Source: Macrostomum lignano
Lineage: Eukaryota
DNA: 64,000 nt
NCBI GenBank assembly: GCA_002269645.1
Contig: NIVC01000864.1
Coordinates: forward strand, 248,001-312,000
Reading direction: 5' to 3'
Shown here: positions 44,625 to 56,364 of the stretch, in pieces
Layout of the letters: every line of letters starts with the position of its first letter
How positions within the stretch are numbered: position 1 is the stretch's first letter
The notes under the pieces: generated by a model
What the model was told of the DNA's origin: nothing
Databases searched by the model: none
What the model saw: only the letters and a program-made list of their open reading frames with translations
Position numbers and translations under genes: made by a program

Positions 44625-46050
44625 CGAAGATCCTGCAGAGTCACAAGAGCTCCTTCTGACACGACCTCTTCATGCTCCAGCTGCAGGTGCACGGCGTCAC
44701 TTGGAGGGTCTTGGGCAGCAAAACTCAGGCGAGACAAGGCATCTGCATCTACCATCAGTCTTCCCGGCACATGCTCCACCTCGTAGTCAAAAGCAGATAG
44801 CCGCAGGACCCAGCGAGTTAGTCTTGCCGACACTGTTTTAGGGAGATTTTTGCTGGGATTAAAGATGTACTTCAGTGGCTCGTGTTCAGTCTGGAGCGTG
44901 AACCTCTTCCCCAGAAGCATCTCGCGAGCTCGCTCCACCGCCCAGACAATCGCCAGCGCCTCCCTCTCAATGTTGGAGTAGTTGGCTAGTAGCGTTGGAG
45001 TAATGTTGGAGTAGTAGTACTTGTAGGTGGAGTGATCTGGCTTACCGAGAGCTCTGTCGAGACCTCGCGCTCGAGGAATTTGCTCCGGTCCTCCTGGTTG
45101 CCGAGGCCGGCGATGAGACGCATTTTGATCAGCTGCTTAGCTGGATCAACAATATCGCCCTTCAGCTTCTCGAATTCGCAGACCACCGCCTGCTCTCGAA
45201 GTCGGGCAGCGAAGCCGGCTACTGTCTTGCCCTCTCCTTGGCGCATGGACATGAAAGCCGCTCGCTCGCCAATCTGCAGCCTCTTATTGGGTTCCAGAAA
45301 CCGCACGAGGCACTCCTTGATTTCCGCCCACTTCATCTGCGAGAGCGGTTTGGGCGCGACCAGCTGCTTCACTTTGATGAGCTGTGCCACGCCAATGCAG
45401 CCAAGGAAGGCATCGGTCAACGCCAGATTGCCGGCTGTGTCATCAGTGCGATCGGTGTCCTTCACTCTTTTTGACCGCGCCTGGGCGTCAAAGACTTTGG
45501 TCCATGCCTGCAACTCCTCAATGCTGTTTAGGGGCAACGGGTCCCGTAGCTTTATGGACATCCGATGATCCTGCTTGCGACGCCAAAATGTTAGAATGAA
45601 CAAGTCGGTAGCCGATAGATTGCGAGGCGAGAAAACGAACGTGCCAAGTGCACCGTCCAACATCGTCGGACTCCTACTCCGGGTGGCCTGAGGCGATCCA
45701 GGTGCCAGACCGAACTGCGGAAAGTGTCCTGTCCTGCGGGTTATGAGAGCGGTGTTCGCCAGGAACGGTGTGCCTCGGACGCTAGTGTCGGACAATGCGC
45801 CGGAGTTCAAGTCAGAGAAAATGTCCCAGTGGCTGCGCAGCATCGGGTGCCAGGATCTGCACACTCCGCCGTACCATCCGGCTTCGAACGGTCAGGCAGA
45901 AAGGCTAGTGAGGATCATCAAGGATGGACTCAAGGCGTGAACGAAAATGGTGCCGTTCGACCACTTCCTAAAATGTTAGAATGAACAAGTGGGTAGCCGA
46001 TAGATTGCGAGGCGAGACAACGAACGTGCCAAGCGCACCGTCCAACATCG
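44625..46050 (-). mobile_element. Scrambled Gypsy (Mag-like) LTR-retrotransposon remnant
   Basis: RNase H NYSNIEREALAI..ADALSRL (44625-44990, -); gag (45000-45568, -); PBS TGGCGTCGCAAGCAGGA (tRNA-Ser-like, ~45571-45587); LTR end duplicated at ~45588-45662 and ~45974-46050; integrase core SDNAPEF/HPASNGQAER on the + strand (~45730-45945). Confidence 0.85.
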
Positions 46051-46279
46051 ATAAAATTTATTGTAAGCGAGCAACAATATCAGCCACCCCAACCCCAGAG
46101 CTAAAACAGCCACAGCGTACATTGAAGATACACACGCACGCACGGAGTTAAAATGACAAACGCAACTGCATGGAATAAAAACAACCCCAACCCCCAAGCA
46201 CGAGACCCAACAAGGAATTGGACGGGACTTAAGCAATTCGTGGACCCCAGCCACTAAGCAACTGCTCCGGCGGGAGCAT

Positions 46280-46690
46280 TTGATGCGCATTCGCCAGCAC
46301 CTGCTGTTATCAGATCCGGCAGATGCTGTTCTGTGGGCTCTCGTGCTGACGGACTGGTTCGGCATGTTGTGTTTCGATAATCTGTGCGCCCGCAAGAAAA
46401 CGGGTGAATCGGCGAGCGCGATCATGATCTCTGATGTCAAGTTCAGCCGCGCTGGTGTTACCATCTATGTAGCTAGCTCGTTCAAAGACTGTAGTTCGGT
46501 GAGCGTGTTCACACCATCCAGGTCCTGGTCATGGGCCCAAGGGGGGTCCGCCACCGCCTGCATCGTCTGTTTGGCAAAATCGGACTGGAAGCTTCCGGCG
46601 TGGTGGAGCAACATTTGATTTTGATGCTGGGCAGAGCGTGGACCACATCAAACTGCTGGGAGATTGGCGCAGCTCGGCAGTTTAGCGGTA
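46280..46690 (+). mobile_element. DIRS/Ngaro tyrosine recombinase fragment
   Basis: LWALVLTDWFGML(C)FDNL...DV.F, then FRRGGATFDFDAGQSVDHIKLLGDWRSSAV. Confidence 0.75.
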
Positions 46691-47139
46691 AATCTCTGAT
46701 GGCAATGCCGGTAACCTCGCGGCCCGTCGTTCTATGTCTGCTCGCCTTGGCTCCTATGGCTCCTATCTTTTGCTTCCTCTCTCCTCTGACTCGCCTGCTA
46801 TTTTGGAGTTTGGGGTTGCTCCCCTGTTCGTTGCTTTGTGCTCGCTGTCCTCCACGTTCTGCTGTTCTGTCTTCGTCACTTGCCTAACCCCTAAGATAAA
46901 TACACGAGTCTCGGTTTGTAAGCCGGAACATTTGCTAGTACGCTCGTATTGACAAACTACGCGTTTTCAAGTCTTCATAGTAATCACGAAAGGACGACAG
47001 TTTATTCATTGACGAAAGATTCGAAAGAGCGCGTGGTGAGTTGCATTGCCGAATATTTTTACGGTGAGTTTTCAAGTCTCTCTTCTTTAACTCACAACTG
47101 AGCCGGTCCGCAGTTTCCACACCAGAAAGGGCCGGTTTT

Positions 47140-48582
47140 CGTTGAACTTTAGTATGACATTTTTATCCGCTTCATGCGTCCGGCCAGATTTTTAAGAGTG
47201 GACCAGATCCTGGGCTCGTAGCCGTTCTCAAGGAGGAATTTGTTCCAGCGGTCCCGTCTCTCCGCTTCCAGGCTCGAGTTGATTTGCGCTTGTAGGTCCG
47301 CAATACTAGGGTCCGACGGGTTTAAGTCCAAGTGGCGGCAGGTTCGCATTGGAGTACCGCAGGGCAGCGCCATCAGCCCGCTCCTTTTCGCCTTTTATCT
47401 GGCTAAGGCTCCTGTGCACATCAATCCGACTACTAAGCTAATCGGCTACGCTGACGATCTTACCGTTGCCGCCTCGTCCCCAAGCTGCAATTCCATTGAA
47501 CAACAACTGGATCACTATCTCGCTGAACTCGCTCCGTTCCTCGAGTCGCGCAAGCTCCAGAGTTCTACATCAAAGTGTACGGCCACTCTGTTCAGTCCAG
47601 ACCAGCGCGAATACTTCTGCCAGCTTAATGTCTTCATCAACGGCTCTCCACTGCCACAGGCCGTCCATCCAAAAACTCTGGGCGTGACCTTCGACCCAAA
47701 CTCTCCTTTGCGAGACACGTCTCCATCTTTGCGGAGAAAACCCAGAAAAGAAATAGCCTGCTACGCTGCCTCGCCGGCTCATCGTGCTGCTGTTGCAAGG
47801 AACTTTTGCTGACACCTTTAAAGCTCTTGGCAGAAGTCTGCTCGACTACGCTGCGCCGGTCTGGGGCCCATCATCTCGAACTCGTCCTGGACTCGGCTTC
47901 AATCGGTCCAGAATGCAGCAATTCGCAGCATCACCGGCTGCACAGCCCTTACCTCTGAAGTGAATCTACACAGTGAAGTTCAGTTGCTTACCGTCCGCCA
48001 ACACAACCGGCTCCTTTCGCTCCAGTTCAAGCACCGCACCAGACGCCCGGAACATTCATGCCACCATCTTTCCTGTCTCCCACCTCTGCGTAGACTCATG
48101 AAAGCCTCCATCTTCACTGCTGAGCATTTTAACGCCGATTGGGTGCCGGTTCCAGCCCCGGATGTCCTTGACGCTGGCTGCAGCCTGGTATCGCGCCAAG
48201 AGGGCCCAACCCACGCAGCCAGTACAGGCCATGCTGGACAGTTTTCCACCGAACCGCGTCATTCGTGCACAACGACCTAAAATTCACCGCTCCAAAGTTC
48301 GCCTCCCCCGCCGTGTGCGGTGCACGCTGGCGCAGCTTCGCTCCGGTTTCTTCCCGCTTCTTCGCGACTTTCAGTCGAGGATCAACCCTGGCGTCGCCGC
48401 GGTTCGTCCTGCTTGCGGCGGCCTTGAGCCCCAAACGGTGGCCCACCTCTTCAACTGCCCTGCGCCTATCTGACGCAGCTTTGTCCGAGTGACTTATGGA
48501 CTAACCCGATCGAGACGTGCACCTTTCTGGAGTCAGCCGCCCTCGGCGGGCTGGGACCCCGGTCGTAGGTTAACACACACAC
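47140..48582 (+). mobile_element. I-group-like LINE, copy 1, 5'-truncated with an inverted 5' segment and (CA)n tail
   Basis: GVPQGSAISPLLF, YADDLTV and RCTLAQLRSG..C..HLFNCP. Segment 47140-47325 is inverted. Tail taacacacacac. Confidence 0.88.
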
Positions 48583-48619
48583 GTCTCAAAGGTCAAGCTT
48601 CAACCGGCGGTCATCGTCA

Positions 48620-49950
48620 GCTATCTGAGACTAAGACCGCAGCGATCATTTTCACCAGCAGGACCAAGTGGCAGATTCGGCCGCTCACGCTTTACGGAAG
48701 GGAAATCCCCTTCTGCAAGCAGACTAAATGTATTACTCTGGACCACAAGCTGAACTGGTCACCCCACGTTTAAGCAAAAGCTAAAGAAGGTCCTCGCAGT
48801 CCTCGCGCAACTTCGCAGGGCTGTCGGCACCACCTGGGGGCTCACCCCCAAGCGCTTCTGGTGGATCTACACTGCAATGGTTAGGCCTGCTATCTCGTAT
48901 GGCGGCCTAATCTGGGCTAGCACCCTGCAGATGAAGACCTGTCTAGAGGCCCTTAGGAGAGCGCAAGGGCACGCATGTCGCACGATCATGAGCGCCCCTC
49001 CGTCTGCTCCATACGATGGCCTCAACGCCTTCCTCAACATTCTTCCGCTGGACATCTTTGTCCGCAAGGAAGCGGCTAAGACTGCCCGCCGTCTAATTGA
49101 CACTGGCATTCGTATCCTGCCCCATAGGACCATGGCTAAGCGCAAGCTCCTGCCCCACGCCGACCTCTGCCTCAAAGACTTAAGAGACGGCGGCGGGCTC
49201 CACGTCTTATCTGACGGTGAACCCCGCACTCTCAACCTCTTTCAGCGCTACAAGGTCACCATCCCCTCTAGGGATGCTGCCAATGACCACAGGAATTTCC
49301 AGGAGGGCCATTGCTACACGGACGGATCCATCAAAGACGGCCGCGCCGGCTTTGGGGTCTGCATCATCATCAACGGCCGCTTCATTGCCACGCATGCTCA
49401 GCACACTAGCAGACTCTCCACGGTCTTCCAGAACGAAGTCCTTGCTATCAGCTCTTGCGCTGCAGAGCTGAACGCAAAGGGTACGAGAGGAGAGACTATT
49501 GTCATCCACTCCGATAGCCAGGCCCTTTGCTACACCACAACGAACTCCCGGACAGTTGCCGACTGCGTCCGGCATCTCAACCTCCTGGCCAGTAGCAATA
49601 CTGTCAGGCTGAAGTGGATCCCAGGGCACGCAGGGTTTCCGGGGAACGAGCTGGCGGACACCATCGTCAAGAGGGGCGGCTCTGGCTCTTTCTTTGGCCC
49701 TGCCCCCTTGGTCCCTATGCCCTCGACAGTCATCAATCGTCAGATCACCCAAAACTGCCGGCAATCCCGTGCCGCGGTTCCTCGCCCGTCTCGCAGGCTC
49801 AGAAACGTTCTTCTGAACCAAAATCGGAAGGATATTCGAGCCCTTGTCGTGACCCTTACCGGCCATGTCTACCTCGCCAGACACTCCTTCCTCCGAGGCG
49901 ACCTCGAGAGCGAACTTTGCCCTTTTTGCGAGTACGACAATGAAGATGCT
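48620..49950 (+). mobile_element. R1/Loa-like LINE RT-end and RNase H fragment
   Basis: VRPAISYGGLIW, YTDGS, VFQNEVLAI, HSDSQA, WIPGHAG..GNELAD and CPFC. Paralogue of 1399-2600. Confidence 0.88.
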
Positions 49951-52274
49951 CTGCTCAGCTCAGCACTCTTATTCTCTCCCTCCAATCTCTCCCCATCTCT
50001 GTCAAGGACTACTCAAGTAACATATACTCGTATATGGGACGCTACACTCGAACTCTATGGTAAATGTCGCCGAAAACTACACTACAGAGATAGGAGGTTT
50101 CAATTTTTTCATCACAAAAATTGTTATTGCTTTTGATAGGAGAAAGACCCAATGTTCATCTTTCGATATGTTGTGCCTTCCTTATAGCTCTATTGAGATT
50201 CATAAAGCTTATTTATTTATAGTGTATTTTTCGGCGAAAAGCCTCTGACTTTTCTGCAGCTCAAAAGAGCGCCGTTTCTAATTTCATTTGACCTGCCTGA
50301 TGAGATACCAAATTTGCTGCAAAGGCAAGCAAAGTACGCTGTGGTCTATCGAGGAGACAGGTGGTTTGCCACTGAGCCAGGAAGCCATCTTGCTCACTTG
50401 TATGACGGTTGCCAATTGGGCAACTACAAGCTTGAAGAGCGGAAGAGCAAACCAAAAATCTGCATTTGGAACATTATCCTCACCTATGAGAACAACACGG
50501 GCTTTTTCTACATTGACCACTGTTGTATCCCTGCAGCCCCCGGCCCGGCAGTAGGGTGGTCCTACAGGGTACAGTACAATCGGGTCCTTGCTAAGCCTGC
50601 GCGCGGGCGCTAGGGCGAGCACTTCCCCTGACAGTCTCGGGCGTCAGGACGCTCCCACGCAGCCTTTCCACGCGTCGGGACGCAGTGGTGCGGGCCGCCT
50701 TCAGCGAGGCGTTGGGACGCACTGGCTGGCGTAGAGGCGTAGAGGCGTACGGTAGGTATCCTACTGCCGTATCAACCCCAACTAGCTGAGTCGGCGTCCG
50801 GACACACGGACTCTCTGCCCCCCTAGGCAACCGAAAGAAAGAAGACAGGACGCGCACTTACTTAGTTGGCAGCTGTCGCTCAGGGCTCAGGAAGATGGCC
50901 TTCTTTGGTGTATTTCTTTATCAAAGGGGGTCTGTATAACTTGGGCTGTAGATAGCTCTGACAAAAACTGAATTCACAGAGAGGGAACAGTCGAGACGCG
51001 CACCGCTCCAACCCGCCGCGAGCGATGTTAAATAGCACACGCCCGCGGAGGGGGGAGGGCCATGCGCTCTCAACTCCACCACCCCACCAACCCCCCAGCC
51101 AACCCCCCCCCCCGGGGACGGCCACCAAGCCCGCCGCCGGCTCAGCCAATCACTACGCGACTGGCTGGCCGCGACCAATCGCCACGCGGGGCGAGCAAAC
51201 AAATGCCAAAACTTAAGCCTCTGGCTGCGGCAACGCAAAAAGGGGGTGAATAACAAAAACTGTAAACAACTAGTTGAGGGGTGACTCAGCCCGCTGGGGC
51301 TAGGTGCACAGGCACCGCAGAAGTGCACAACACAACACCCCGCCTCCCAACAAAAGGAAGAAGCTCATACGAGCCAGTAACGCTGATTACAGAAACAAAT
51401 GACAACGAATGACACCACAGCTGCACAACCTGCACCGCACATGGGCAAGGGGTTCAAAGCCTGCTTGACCTACATGACTGAAACCACGCGTACATGAAAT
51501 AAAACAAACAGATGAACCAATGATGACAAAAGAAATTAACGTTTGATGCCGCAAAAATTTGACCATTGACGACGCAACAAGATTTATGGAATTCCGACAC
51601 CAATGATTTCACGATGAACGACGCAAAAGGGTTTAATGATAAAGGATCAGAGCTAGTCACCGATCTCCACCGCACCGTCCCTCTGCACATCCCTGCCGAG
51701 TCGGCTGCCCTTTCTCGTCCCTGCGCCGTTGACTCTCGACACCTGGCCTGGGTCCGGGGTTCCCGCGCCGGCGTCGGTGTAACCAGATTTCAAGCTTCTG
51801 TCCGGTGACCGCTTGGCGTCCGCTGGAACCCGTTTGGCCTGGGACTATCAGCTCAGTGGAGCACGCCGCTGCTGCTCACCCGGCCGCCGCTATGGCTGCC
51901 CATTCTGGACGGCCAAGTGCTCGCCAGCCGTGCACCTCCCGCCTCCAGTCTCCCGGCTGCCTCTCTACCTAACCCTCATACCACCCGTACGGTAACCCAT
52001 CCGCATACGACTAATCCGAAAAATACGATACACCCAACCCCCGCACCAGGGACAGGGAAACGAACAACCGGACACGCCCGACAGGGCCTGCACCCCCAGC
52101 CCAACCCACACTCACACCCTACTAGCACTCGCACGCCACCACTCGAGCACAACAGCGCAGCAGCGCCTGGACCTGGCCCGCACCTAGCAGCTCGAACCGA
52201 GGGATCACCACCTTCCGCATCACTCGAGCTGCTCGCTTTAAACATTCGCGTTTCCAACCGCTCCGACGACCGCG

Positions 52275-53104
52275 TCAATTGGACCACGTCACTGAAATGT
52301 CCCGGCGCAGAAACTTGAGCACTTGAAGTGTCACCGCCGTCAGATAACGCCTCGGCTCTTCTCGCCGCACCCTAAACAGGTCAGCCAACTCCTCAAACAC
52401 GTTCACGATCTCTTCCTCCTCGCCCTTCAGCAATGCCGTTCTCAGACTCCGGTGCAGCTCCACAAATCTCGTTGTGCTCGGTAGCGGTAGCTCCTCCATC
52501 TCGACTGTCGTCGCCCCGACCGGTACCAGCTTCCAAGCCTCGACATCCGGCAGGTCCTCCCCGTCTGTCTCCATCTCTCCGACCTGGTCTGTTTCGTCGT
52601 CGCTGATAATGATGCAGTAGCCGCTGTCTGGCGCATAGCTTCGCTCGAATGACTGACGAAAACCCTGCTCCTCGGCCTCCCAGCCGGGCGGCCGACTTCC
52701 GTCGCTGACGACCGACTCACTGTCGGTATCCCCGGGTTCGTCGTCTCCACGGAAGGCGTCCGCATCCGACTGCTCGTCCTCACTCGGCATGTCCTCATCT
52801 TCCAGCCTGATCGCTTCCAGGATGTCCTCTGGCACGGGAATGTCTGACGGGGGTTGAACCTGTCTAGCCAACTCTACCGCCGCGCTGAACGAGATTGACG
52901 AATCACCGTACATGTCATACAACCACCGCCGAAATGGGCAACCGAGAATTTCATACGCGACGTTGAGGGCTTTGCATTTCTCTTCTGCGAATGCCCGGTC
53001 CGGGTGCTTGTCCGGGTGATACTTCAGGGCTTGCCGCCGATAGGCTCTCTTGATTGCAGTTGCCTCCACCCCTGGTCGATCTCCAGTTCGTCGTACAAGG
53101 ACAT
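52275..53104 (-). CDS. J-domain (DnaJ/Hsp40-type) protein, ORF3 of the Gypsy element; 1-nt frameshift in a G-run near codon 12
   Basis: MSLYDELEIDQG/VEATAIKRAYRRQALKYHPDKHPDRAFAEEKCKALNVAYEILGCPFRRWLYDMYG with HPD intact. Acidic linker and helical C-terminus; no introns. Confidence 0.85.
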
Positions 53105-53339
53105 CTATGGAGTGCCGTTTCTTGCCGTTAAAATCGCATTTTCCGCTACTAAACCTGGTCCGTGTGCCTGCCGACTCATCCACCCGCTACAACCACCTAA
53201 CCGCCGACAACCCCCAACCCGTTCAGAACCTCAGCCGATCCGGCGGTCGCCTGTGCCGAGTCGGATATCTCCTGGTGGTTAGAGTCTCCGCTGCGGCCGC
53301 TTCTAGTCCTTCCCATTCTTCTGGTGGATCAGGTCCTTC

Positions 53340-55393
53340 TCATTCTTCCGGCAGGCCACTTTGAGGCGACTCCGAGCTTCTCACGCTACCACCGACCTCG
53401 TTCTCCAGTCCTTGCTCGACCTCCGCTGGTGGTGGTCGACCACGTCGGCCTACCTGCTCAGCTTCCTCCTCTTCATCTTCTTGGCTCTGCACGTCCTCTG
53501 TCACCGCACCTCCTTCCTCCTGGCTCGCTTCGTTCGCCGCTGACCTCGACTTCTTAAAAGGCGACAGGTTGTTGAAATGTACTCTTTTGGTCTTCCTTGG
53601 ATTAGCCGGATTCTGAACTTCGTACACGGTCTCGGAAATCTTCCGCACCACTTCAACTGGTCCCTTCCAATCGACCCGGAACTTGTTCCACGTACTTTCC
53701 TGTCGTAATAGTCTTTCTGCAACTTCTGGTATGTGCCGGTCGCTTGTCGCACTGCTTCATGTGCTTGATGGAGGTGCTTTCTCAAGCCGGCCACGTACAT
53801 TGACTCGTCCAGCGGCTCTTGTGGTGCTTTGTAAGCTACATCCAGTGGTAATCGCATCTCTTGGCCGTGCAGGAGGAAGTACGGTGTGTAGCCAGTGCCG
53901 CGATGCACACTTGAACGGTACGCCATCAAGGCTGAGTCGATTAGTTCATCCCATTTGTGTGACTCTGCTCCCTCAGCGATGTAGCTTCGCAGTACTGACT
54001 TCAACGTCTGATTGAACTTCTCCACCTGCCCATTTCCACTTGGATGGTAGGCCGTGGTTCTGGTTTTCTGGATTTTCAGAAGCGTGCACAGCTCTCGCAT
54101 TACTCGAGACTCGAAGTTCCGCTCTTGGTCACTGTGAATCGAACTCGGGCAACCGTAGATACTAACCCAGTGCCCAAATATAGCGCGCGCGCCTGTTGAT
54201 GCTCGTTGGTTGCGGATTGGGATCGCTGCCGGCCATTTAGTGAACGCATCCTGCAGCGTTAAGATGTACTGATGACCTCTGGCACTCCTTGGCAACGGCC
54301 CGACAATGTCCACCATCACTCTCTCAAAAGGTTCGCCCGTTCGAATCGGCTCCAGTGGAGCTCTAGCCTTCTTCGCCAACTTCGAGCGGCCGCAGACTTC
54401 GCAGCTCCTTACGCACTCGGCGATCTCGCGGCTGATCCCGGGTCTCCAGAACCGTGCAAGGACCTTTCGCTTTGTTTTCTGCAGGCCGAAATGGCCGCCC
54501 GCCACGCCACTATGACAGTCGATCACAATCCTCTGCAGCAGACACTGTGGTAGCACAATCTGGTCCGCGCCTTTCCACCTCCGCACCAATATTCCGCCGT
54601 CCACCTTGAGCAGCTCGCACTGCGCCATGAGCGCTCTGCCCCCTGGGGTCCATCTCAGCTTCTCGCTCACGCTCTCATTTCCGCTGACCAGCTCTTTCAT
54701 CCATCGAATCTCGTCTTCCGCGTCCTGCGCTTTTACCAGTTCATGTCGCTCGTCAGCCACATTCAGCGCACTCACACCATTTGAGATCACTGGTGCAAAA
54801 TCTGAGCAGGATGGACATTCTAGGAAGCCTGCATGTCGCCGGGTCTGCCGTCTTGACAACGAATCCGCATTTCCATGACAGAGCCCGCTGCGATGCACCA
54901 CGTAGTAGTCGAATTCTGCCAGCTTCTCCAGCCACCTAGCACACTGACCTTCCGGATCCTTCAGATTGTGAATCCACTTCAAGTTGCTGTGATCCGTTCG
55001 CAAGCAAAATCTTCTTCCAGCCAGATAGTACCGATACTTGACCATGAACGTCACCACTGCCAGCAGCTCTACTCTGGTCGTGCAATAGTTCCGCTCTGCC
55101 GATGACAACGATCTTGAGCCATACGCGATAACCTTCTCACTTCCGTCCACTTGCTTCTGAGACAACACGGCGCCAACGCCAATAGATGAGCTCGCATCCG
55201 TGTCGAGAATGAACTCGCCGGCCTCGGGTCCAAAATCCGGAAACGCCATCACGTCTGTACTCGTCAGCCGCGCTTTCAAGTCCCGGAACGATCGCTCTTC
55301 GTCCGGTCCCCACTCAAACTCGACACCTTTGCGAGTCAACCTGAGCAGCGGCTCGGCAACACTCGAGAAGTATTTGATAAATCGGCGATAATA
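53340..55393 (-). pseudogene. Gypsy pol (RT end, RNase H, integrase zinc finger, core and C-terminus)
   Basis: YYRRFIK, ILDTDAS, RNYCTT..ELLAV, TDHSNL, NADSLSR, H..HFG..C..C, VDIVGPLP, HSDQERNFES, YHPSGNGQVE. Small deletion and frameshift at ~53690 before WKGP. Confidence 0.95.
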
Positions 55394-56362
55394 CTTCGGG
55401 TGTGTCATAAGTAATGTCACTGATGTGAAAACAGACGAACTTGCAATCGCAGATGAACAAAACTGTACCACTCAACAATATAGAGTCCCCCAATATCAAT
55501 CACCCTCTGGCGGTGCTCATACAGCTTGTCCACCTCAGCCTGCAGGTGTTTTTCCTCCAACTGCCATAACCAGTGCAACGCAGCCTGTTTTACCTCTTCA
55601 TGGTTTGCGAAACTCTTCTTGGAAAAGTCAGCCTTCAGCCATTTGAACAGGAATCTCTTGCAAAAGTTGAAGTCTGGGCTGTAGGGACTGTCAGAGCAGA
55701 TTCACTCGCCGCACAGGCAGAAAATTCGAAACAGCCTTCAGATGTGCAGCCGTGCGGTGTCCATCTGCCACAGAACTTCGTCCCGGTGACATGGATTTGA
55801 CCGGAGAGTGCGCCAGAGGTCTCCAGTGTGCCGGACAAAGTCGATAAAATACTGGCCATCGACCTTGATGTTCGGTGGAGTTGTGCAGATGGAGACTCGT
55901 TTGTTTGGCGTGAAGGCTACCAGCAGCATGGTCTTCTTGTCCAAGATGGACTTCCTAGTCACCATCGGCCTGGAGTCCCCAGCTCCCAGCCAGCAGCGAT
56001 TGTCTGCCTTGCTGCCCTTGCCATCCAGGTGGAGCCAGCTTTCATCCTCAGCAACCAGGCAGTTTAGGATGTCATTCAAGCCCCGGCTGCTAAACACCTT
56101 GCGGATCTGCTTGGTGCAGGCGTCATGTCGAGATTCATGATGATTTTTGTTCGCTGCATAGACGGTTTTTCATCGCGTTGCACTTGCTAAATCTGCTTGG
56201 CGTATTCTTGCGATAGCTTGGGCCATAAACAACCTATGCACGTCTCAAATGCACTGCTATTGCTTCACTAAGTATACTTTGCAGCTACACTACCCACAAG
56301 TCCATGTGCCTACATATTTTAGACAGAGGCCTGCAGTGACATTACTTATGACACACCCGAAG
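55394..56362 (-). mobile_element. Internally deleted Tc1/mariner element (969 bp)
   Basis: 29-bp perfect TIRs cttcgggtgtgtcataagtaatgtcactg (55394-55422, 56334-56362), TA on both sides. Transposase remnant LVAEDESW...KKTMLLVAF...QMDTARLH. Confidence 0.9.
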
Positions 56363-56364
56363 TA

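Larger units (their letters stand above)
50870..55393 (-). mobile_element. 3' half of a Gypsy LTR retrotransposon: pol, DnaJ-domain ORF3, PPT and 3' LTR
   Basis: pol at 53340-55393; ORF3 at 52275-53104; PPT GGGAGGCGGGG (- strand, 51338-51348) immediately followed by TGTTGTG at 51337. The distal LTR boundary is uncertain (51026 or further left). Confidence 0.75.

Noticed and set aside
46935-47120. 61-aa ORF as the missing N-terminus of the P transposase
   Set aside because: No THAP or other diagnostic motif; orientation and distance give no support.
50250-50620. Short overlapping ORFs as a host exon
   Set aside because: No recognisable motif or consistent splice sites.
53105-53183. N-terminal extension of the J-protein ORF given by the ORF track
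   Set aside because: The canonical J-domain helix I is in the neighbouring frame from the ATG at 53104; the extension is a by-product of the 1-nt shift.
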